Source of the DNA: a virus | Taxonomy: Duplodnaviria; Caudoviricetes | Virus record (IMG/VR): IMGVR_UViG_2851924183_000002 | Coordinates: 1 to 64,000 of that record | Direction: 5' to 3' (one strand) | DNA: 64,000 bases | In this document: positions 60,000-64,000 of the stretch, piece after piece | How positions within the stretch are numbered: position 1 is the stretch's first letter | Layout of the letters: every line of letters starts with the position of its first letter | The notes under the pieces: model-generated | Databases searched by the model: none | The model's input: the letters and a program-made list of their open reading frames with translations, nothing else | What the model was told of the DNA's origin: nothing | Program-made: the position numbers and the translations under genes

Positions 60000-60355
60000 G
60001 AGGCACCTCCACCTCTAAAAGTCTTCCAAATGTCAGACAGTTTGGATGTCTTCACCCAATCAACTGCTTTAATCAAAATGAAAAGTGAAAATGTGGATGC
60101 AATAAGCGCTGCTGTCGCATCGCTGGTGATAAAAGTTCGGCTGGTAATTTCAGATGCAAGCAAATAGCCAATACCCGTTGAAAGCAGCATCGTGCGTAAG
60201 CGCTGCCAAGCAGATAAATCTTTTTCATAGGTGGCAATAAATGCTGCACCTAAAACAGCGCCGAGTAGGGCATTACCATTAATAAAAGGCAGGATGGAAA
60301 CGGCACTTAAACTGATAGCTGTTGCCGTTGTGGTTGTCGTGGTAGGTTCAGGCAT
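59996..60355 (-). CDS. Putative holin
   Basis: MPEPTT, ALLGAVLGAAF; TM segments. Confidence 0.8.
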   Translation of the reverse strand: MPEPTTTTTTATAISLSAVSILPFINGNALLGAVLGAAFIATYEKDLSAWQRLRTMLLSTGIGYLLASEITSRTFITSDATAALIASTFSLFILIKAVDWVKTSKLSDIWKTFRGGGAS

Positions 60356-60357
60356 GC

Positions 60358-60567
60358 TTAATCCCATAAATTAATTGTTTTTGTCATCTGCTGTTGGGCG
60401 GGGATATCAGGCAAAACAACCTCAGTGCCAAGCACCAGTATTGGACCTTGTTCAGCCAAAGCCGGGTTGCTTTCCAACACTGTCTCAGTAACACCAGCGG
60501 TTCGACCGTAATAGCGCCAGCAGATCAGATCAATCGTGTCCCCCTGAACGGACTTCACTGTTTTCAT
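60358..60567 (-). CDS. Tail protein gpX
   Basis: QGDTIDLICWRYYG...INLWD. Confidence 0.95.
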   Translation of the reverse strand: MKTVKSVQGDTIDLICWRYYGRTAGVTETVLESNPALAEQGPILVLGTEVVLPDIPAQQQMTKTINLWD

Positions 60568-61022
60568 ATCAATTCCACGGTACAGCGACTGGTACCAAGC
60601 AAGTCACGAATCGCCCAACGCAAGTTACGTCGATGTTCATCAATGGTCGGTGACAATTCTTCAGCCCGTTTCTGGCCATCACCTGTGCTGTCATAGCTTC
60701 GATATTTTTCATTAATGTCCGCTGCGATCGCAGAATGAATTGCACGTAAATACAGAAGTTCAGTATTGGGCTTTCCATCGATGGTCGAAGTTGCGAGCTC
60801 ACTTAGTGCCGATGCTTTAAATTTGAGCGAGCGTAGTTGCTCATTGATTTCTAACATGGCTGCAATCGCGGCATCTTTTAGACGAGGGTTGGAAATGCTG
60901 CCATCTAAACGCACAGATTCCCGGATCAGATTCAATTGAAGATTGGGAAAGAACCCATCATTGCTAATCGACTCATCTGGCATGGTTGTAGGTGCATTAA
61001 AGCTAAAACCAGTCATAGTCAT
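60564..61022 (-). CDS. Head completion protein gpL
   Basis: NDGFFP, RLDGSI, RWAIRDLLG. Confidence 0.93.
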   Translation of the reverse strand: MTMTGFSFNAPTTMPDESISNDGFFPNLQLNLIRESVRLDGSISNPRLKDAAIAAMLEINEQLRSLKFKASALSELATSTIDGKPNTELLYLRAIHSAIAADINEKYRSYDSTGDGQKRAEELSPTIDEHRRNLRWAIRDLLGTSRCTVELI

Positions 61023-61111
61023 ATCCTAGGTGGTCGGTGGATGATGGTTCAGAACAACAACTTAAAAGTTTTGTCATCCCCATCATGCCGACCAGGTGCG
61101 GGGGGCACAGG

Positions 61112-61795
61112 TTAAGAAGATGCAGCAGCTTGCTGTTCTTCTAATTGTTTGGCCAAGAGCTTTTCAGCACGATCAAGGTCTTGTTTACAGCCGACGTTGT
61201 CTTTCTTGGCAATCGCTTTTTTCATGTACTCAATTGCAGGTACATAATTGTCTTCAGACAGAAAAACTTTCCCAATTGCGCAGTACAACTTGGCGCGAAT
61301 AGGATCATGTAAGTCAAAACCTTCAGTAAGTTTTTCAGCATCAAGCAAAGTATTTAAATCAAATACTTCGCTTGCTTTCAGCTTGGTCAATGCAGCATTA
61401 GCAATTTCTTCAGCCACAATACTTGGAGTGTCCCGGCTAAAAGAGTCAGGCATATCTAATCCGTGTTCTAAAGCAAACACAGCAATCTTTAAGCCTTCAT
61501 GGAACATGCCAGCATCAAAACACCACAGCATGATGGTGGTGACAACTTCGTCGTCCACCTTTTGATTGGCCGCCAAAATACCTTCGACATAAGGTTGGTA
61601 TTTTGGAATCAGTTTGCCTTTAGCTTCAGCACGGCTTTCATCTGATTTGATATGTGAAAGCAGTGATTTATCATTTTTCAGTTCCGCCAACTGGAGTTGA
61701 TAGATCGATGCATCATGGCGGGTTGCTCCAAAGGCATCCGCCTTGGCAGATTTCTCTGCCAAAACGCGAAGAAAGTGGTTACGTGCGTGATTCAT
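61112..61795 (-). CDS. Terminase endonuclease subunit gpM
   Basis: PKYQPYVEG, MLWCFDAG, RAKL, VGCK. Confidence 0.93.
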   Translation of the reverse strand: MNHARNHFLRVLAEKSAKADAFGATRHDASIYQLQLAELKNDKSLLSHIKSDESRAEAKGKLIPKYQPYVEGILAANQKVDDEVVTTIMLWCFDAGMFHEGLKIAVFALEHGLDMPDSFSRDTPSIVAEEIANAALTKLKASEVFDLNTLLDAEKLTEGFDLHDPIRAKLYCAIGKVFLSEDNYVPAIEYMKKAIAKKDNVGCKQDLDRAEKLLAKQLEEQQAAASS

Positions 61796-61802
61796 TTGTC
61801 AC

Positions 61803-62813
61803 CTACAGAACTTCGATGTTTTCAACCAAAGCCACTTTTTCATAGGCTTCGATCACGTAGTCTTCGTTGCTCGATTGATAGTCTGCAACACGGTTTTTCT
61901 CAGGTTCTTCACGAATGAAGCGACGTTTGCCACCTTCTTGGTAGTAAATTGACAAATTGTCGAGAGAGGTGATCAGGAACGTGTTATCTGGGAAGAAGGG
62001 AACGCGAACGGCAGGTAAGCCACCAATTTGCTTTTGACCTACCAAAACCTGACCTGCAAGCGTGTTTTGGTTGTCTTGATCTTGGTTCAAAATGGCAAAG
62101 TTCTTATCGTTCAATAGAGAACGACCGCAGATCACTACTAGATCCGTCGCATCCTGGTGAACTTCATCAATCAAGCTATCAACAGCTTGCTTCACTAAGG
62201 CATCCAAGTTTTTATAGTCACCTGTAGAGCCCACAGTAATTTTGCCTGAGCCTTGTACGACCTCGGTCATATTGCGTTCAGGGCTGCGGGTACGAATTTT
62301 ATATAGCCAGCCTTCGTTTACATCTTGCAGCAATGGATTGGTGTTGCGGTTGGTGGTTGTTGCGATGCTTGTACCGTTCCAGCCAATCATAATGCGGTCT
62401 AAGCCAATCGCTTTGGCACAAGCACCTGCCCATTTTTCAGGGAAGTCGGCAAACTTTGCCCAGGCATCGATTTTTGAATAGAGTAAGGCAATGTCGAAGT
62501 CTGTTTTTTGACAGGCATAGGTGTTAGCCGTTAGACCTGTCGGATCGGATGGATTACGTTTGGCATCACCTGTGGTATCAGTACGACCAGCAATGGTGCT
62601 ATTTACAGAAAGACCAATGGCTTGACCAGTTGCCTCAACCACTTCAATGACATTGATACGACCTAAAAACTCGCTTGATAGCTGAATTTTTTCTTCCAAC
62701 TTTTGTGCCGGTGTTGGTGCAACAGTGAACTGAACCGCTGCACTGTCGACTTCGTTAATGCGGGCAACTTCGCCCATGTAGTGATTAAACTTTTTTCGTG
62801 TATCGTTACGCAT
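61803..62813 (-). CDS. Major capsid protein gpN
   Basis: MRNDTR, LDRIMIGWNG, NPLLQDVNEGW. Confidence 0.96.
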   Translation of the reverse strand: MRNDTRKKFNHYMGEVARINEVDSAAVQFTVAPTPAQKLEEKIQLSSEFLGRINVIEVVEATGQAIGLSVNSTIAGRTDTTGDAKRNPSDPTGLTANTYACQKTDFDIALLYSKIDAWAKFADFPEKWAGACAKAIGLDRIMIGWNGTSIATTTNRNTNPLLQDVNEGWLYKIRTRSPERNMTEVVQGSGKITVGSTGDYKNLDALVKQAVDSLIDEVHQDATDLVVICGRSLLNDKNFAILNQDQDNQNTLAGQVLVGQKQIGGLPAVRVPFFPDNTFLITSLDNLSIYYQEGGKRRFIREEPEKNRVADYQSSNEDYVIEAYEKVALVENIEVL

Positions 62814-62830
62814 GATTAAGAAATTCCGTA

Positions 62831-63652
62831 TTAGTAAACGACAGCAGCATTACTGCCTGAATGCCCAGTGCTTTCAGGTCGTTTGTTATGATTTGGGTCA
62901 GGTTGATGATTGAATGAGTCTGAAAGGGTGCTGTGTTTTTGCTCAAGTTCGCTATATTGGGTTTTCAGCTCGTTTAGTTCCTGCTGCATTTTTGAGAAAG
63001 CCGTACTTTGCTTGCCAAAGGTTTCTGCAATTTGCTCGAGTACTTTTTTGACTTCGGTAAAGTTCAGTTTGGCTTCTGCGCCTTGTTGTTCAATTTGCGG
63101 GGAGAATAGGTCACTGAACTTCTGAACCATTCCAGCAAATAAGCCTTTGCTGTCGTCTTCAAACTCGATTTGAGTTTCTGCAGCAATGGAAAAGGCATTC
63201 TTCTCAGAGTTTTCACCAAACTTAGCAACCATGCTGGAAAAGCTGAGTTTTTCAGTACCGATAGAAGCAGGGGAATCAGTCACTGCTAGGCCTACTAAAT
63301 AGGCTTCGCCTTTACCTTGGAAATTCGGGTCAATTTCGATACTGGTGAAAATCTTCTGACGCTTTTTGTTCATTTCGACCAAGTCAGAAGTTGCGTCAAT
63401 TTGTGCAAACAATGCCAGCTTCTTCTCACCGTTCATGTCGACTTCTTCGGCTTTGACTGCAAGCACATCGCCATAAGCACGGAAGGAAGAATCGGGCATT
63501 ACACCACGTAGGTGCTCAACCCAAATACGCGCGCCATATACAGACTGGTTGTAGTTTTTTGCAGCTTGTTCAATCCAAGAGCGTTCAATCACGCGCTTAT
63601 CAATGGTTTCTCCTTCGACTGCAACACGAAAGAACTTTGATTTATTTGTCAT
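62831..63652 (-). CDS. Capsid scaffolding protein gpO
   Basis: FRVAVEGETIDKR, YLVGLAVTDSPASIGTE. Confidence 0.96.
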   Translation of the reverse strand: MTNKSKFFRVAVEGETIDKRVIERSWIEQAAKNYNQSVYGARIWVEHLRGVMPDSSFRAYGDVLAVKAEEVDMNGEKKLALFAQIDATSDLVEMNKKRQKIFTSIEIDPNFQGKGEAYLVGLAVTDSPASIGTEKLSFSSMVAKFGENSEKNAFSIAAETQIEFEDDSKGLFAGMVQKFSDLFSPQIEQQGAEAKLNFTEVKKVLEQIAETFGKQSTAFSKMQQELNELKTQYSELEQKHSTLSDSFNHQPDPNHNKRPESTGHSGSNAAVVY

Positions 63653-63733
63653 GGTGTTTTAACCGTTCAGAAATTTGCTCATCAAATAATGAGCATCATT
63701 GAAAGTCCGACGGCATTAGTAAATAAATCTGCT

Positions 63734-63754
63734 TTGTAAGAGGGGATGCTACAA
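63734..63754. promoter_or_regulatory. Ogr-type late promoter box
   Basis: TTGTAAGAGGGGATGCTACAA upstream of O. Confidence 0.75.
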
Positions 63755-63872
63755 ATCACAAGGAATGATCTGAGGTAGGAAAACTGAATAATAGGCACAA
63801 AAGCAAAAAGCCAAGAACGGCAATTCTTGGCTTTTTTATTTCCAACCCTTAGATCAAGTAAGGATCAAAAAT

Positions 63873-64000
63873 ATGAGAGATAACAATACTAAATTTTTAG
63901 TTAAGTTTCTAGGAGCGACAATGGAAGCTATGAACTTAAAACCAGAAAGTTTTGTGAAAATATTCTGGAATCTTGCATTAATTGCTATAGCTCTAATGGC
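63873..64000 (+). CDS. Small membrane protein (truncated by window), candidate type I toxin
   Basis: MRDNNTKFLVKFLGATMEAMNLKPESFVKIFWNLALIAIALM...; same leader architecture as 43661..43804. Confidence 0.55.
   Translation, partial: MRDNNTKFLVKFLGATMEAMNLKPESFVKIFWNLALIAIALM

Larger units (their letters stand above)
33045..64000. mobile_element. P2/phiCTX-like prophage (continues past the right edge)
   Basis: P2 late gene order O-N-M-L-X-lysis-R-S-V-W-J-I-H-G-FI-FII-E-T-U-D-ogr plus integrase and switch. Confidence 0.95.

Noticed and set aside
1-64000. CRISPR array, diversity-generating retroelement, retron or invertible tail-fibre segment
   Set aside because: No regularly spaced repeats, reverse transcriptase or invertase seen; the Mu right end is outside the window so cannot be judged.

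Overview
The window is two adjacent prophages in what looks like an Acinetobacter-type genome (inferred from protein families and low GC). 1-33044 is a Mu-like transposable prophage on the minus strand: repressor/ner/A/B, Mor, lysis, head and tail genes. Its left end (TGTG..., three transposase-binding repeats) sits about 30 bp upstream of the integrase of a P2/phiCTX-like prophage (33045-64000: integrase, toprim primase, CI switch, c4/CI-type antisense RNA, low-GC accessory cluster, ogr, tail, lysis, head). Both look damaged: an IS481-family element splits the Mu DNA-circularization gene, the Mu tail-fibre assembly gene appears frameshifted, and the P2-like primase appears broken by a microhomology deletion. 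The most unusual signal is a MuF head protein with a putative PBECR-type RNase C-terminus and no protein immunity gene, abutted by a convergent, apparently independently promoted ~81-nt tRNA-like RNA (candidate RNA antitoxin). Other highlights: a gp49/66-family (Acb4-like) gene in the tail operon, two candidate type I toxin-antitoxin loci, a paralogous membrane-protein pair bracketed by a 17-bp repeat, six regularly spaced late-activator boxes, and an extra TIM-barrel tail protein. Family assignments come from recalled motifs and synteny; no searches were run.
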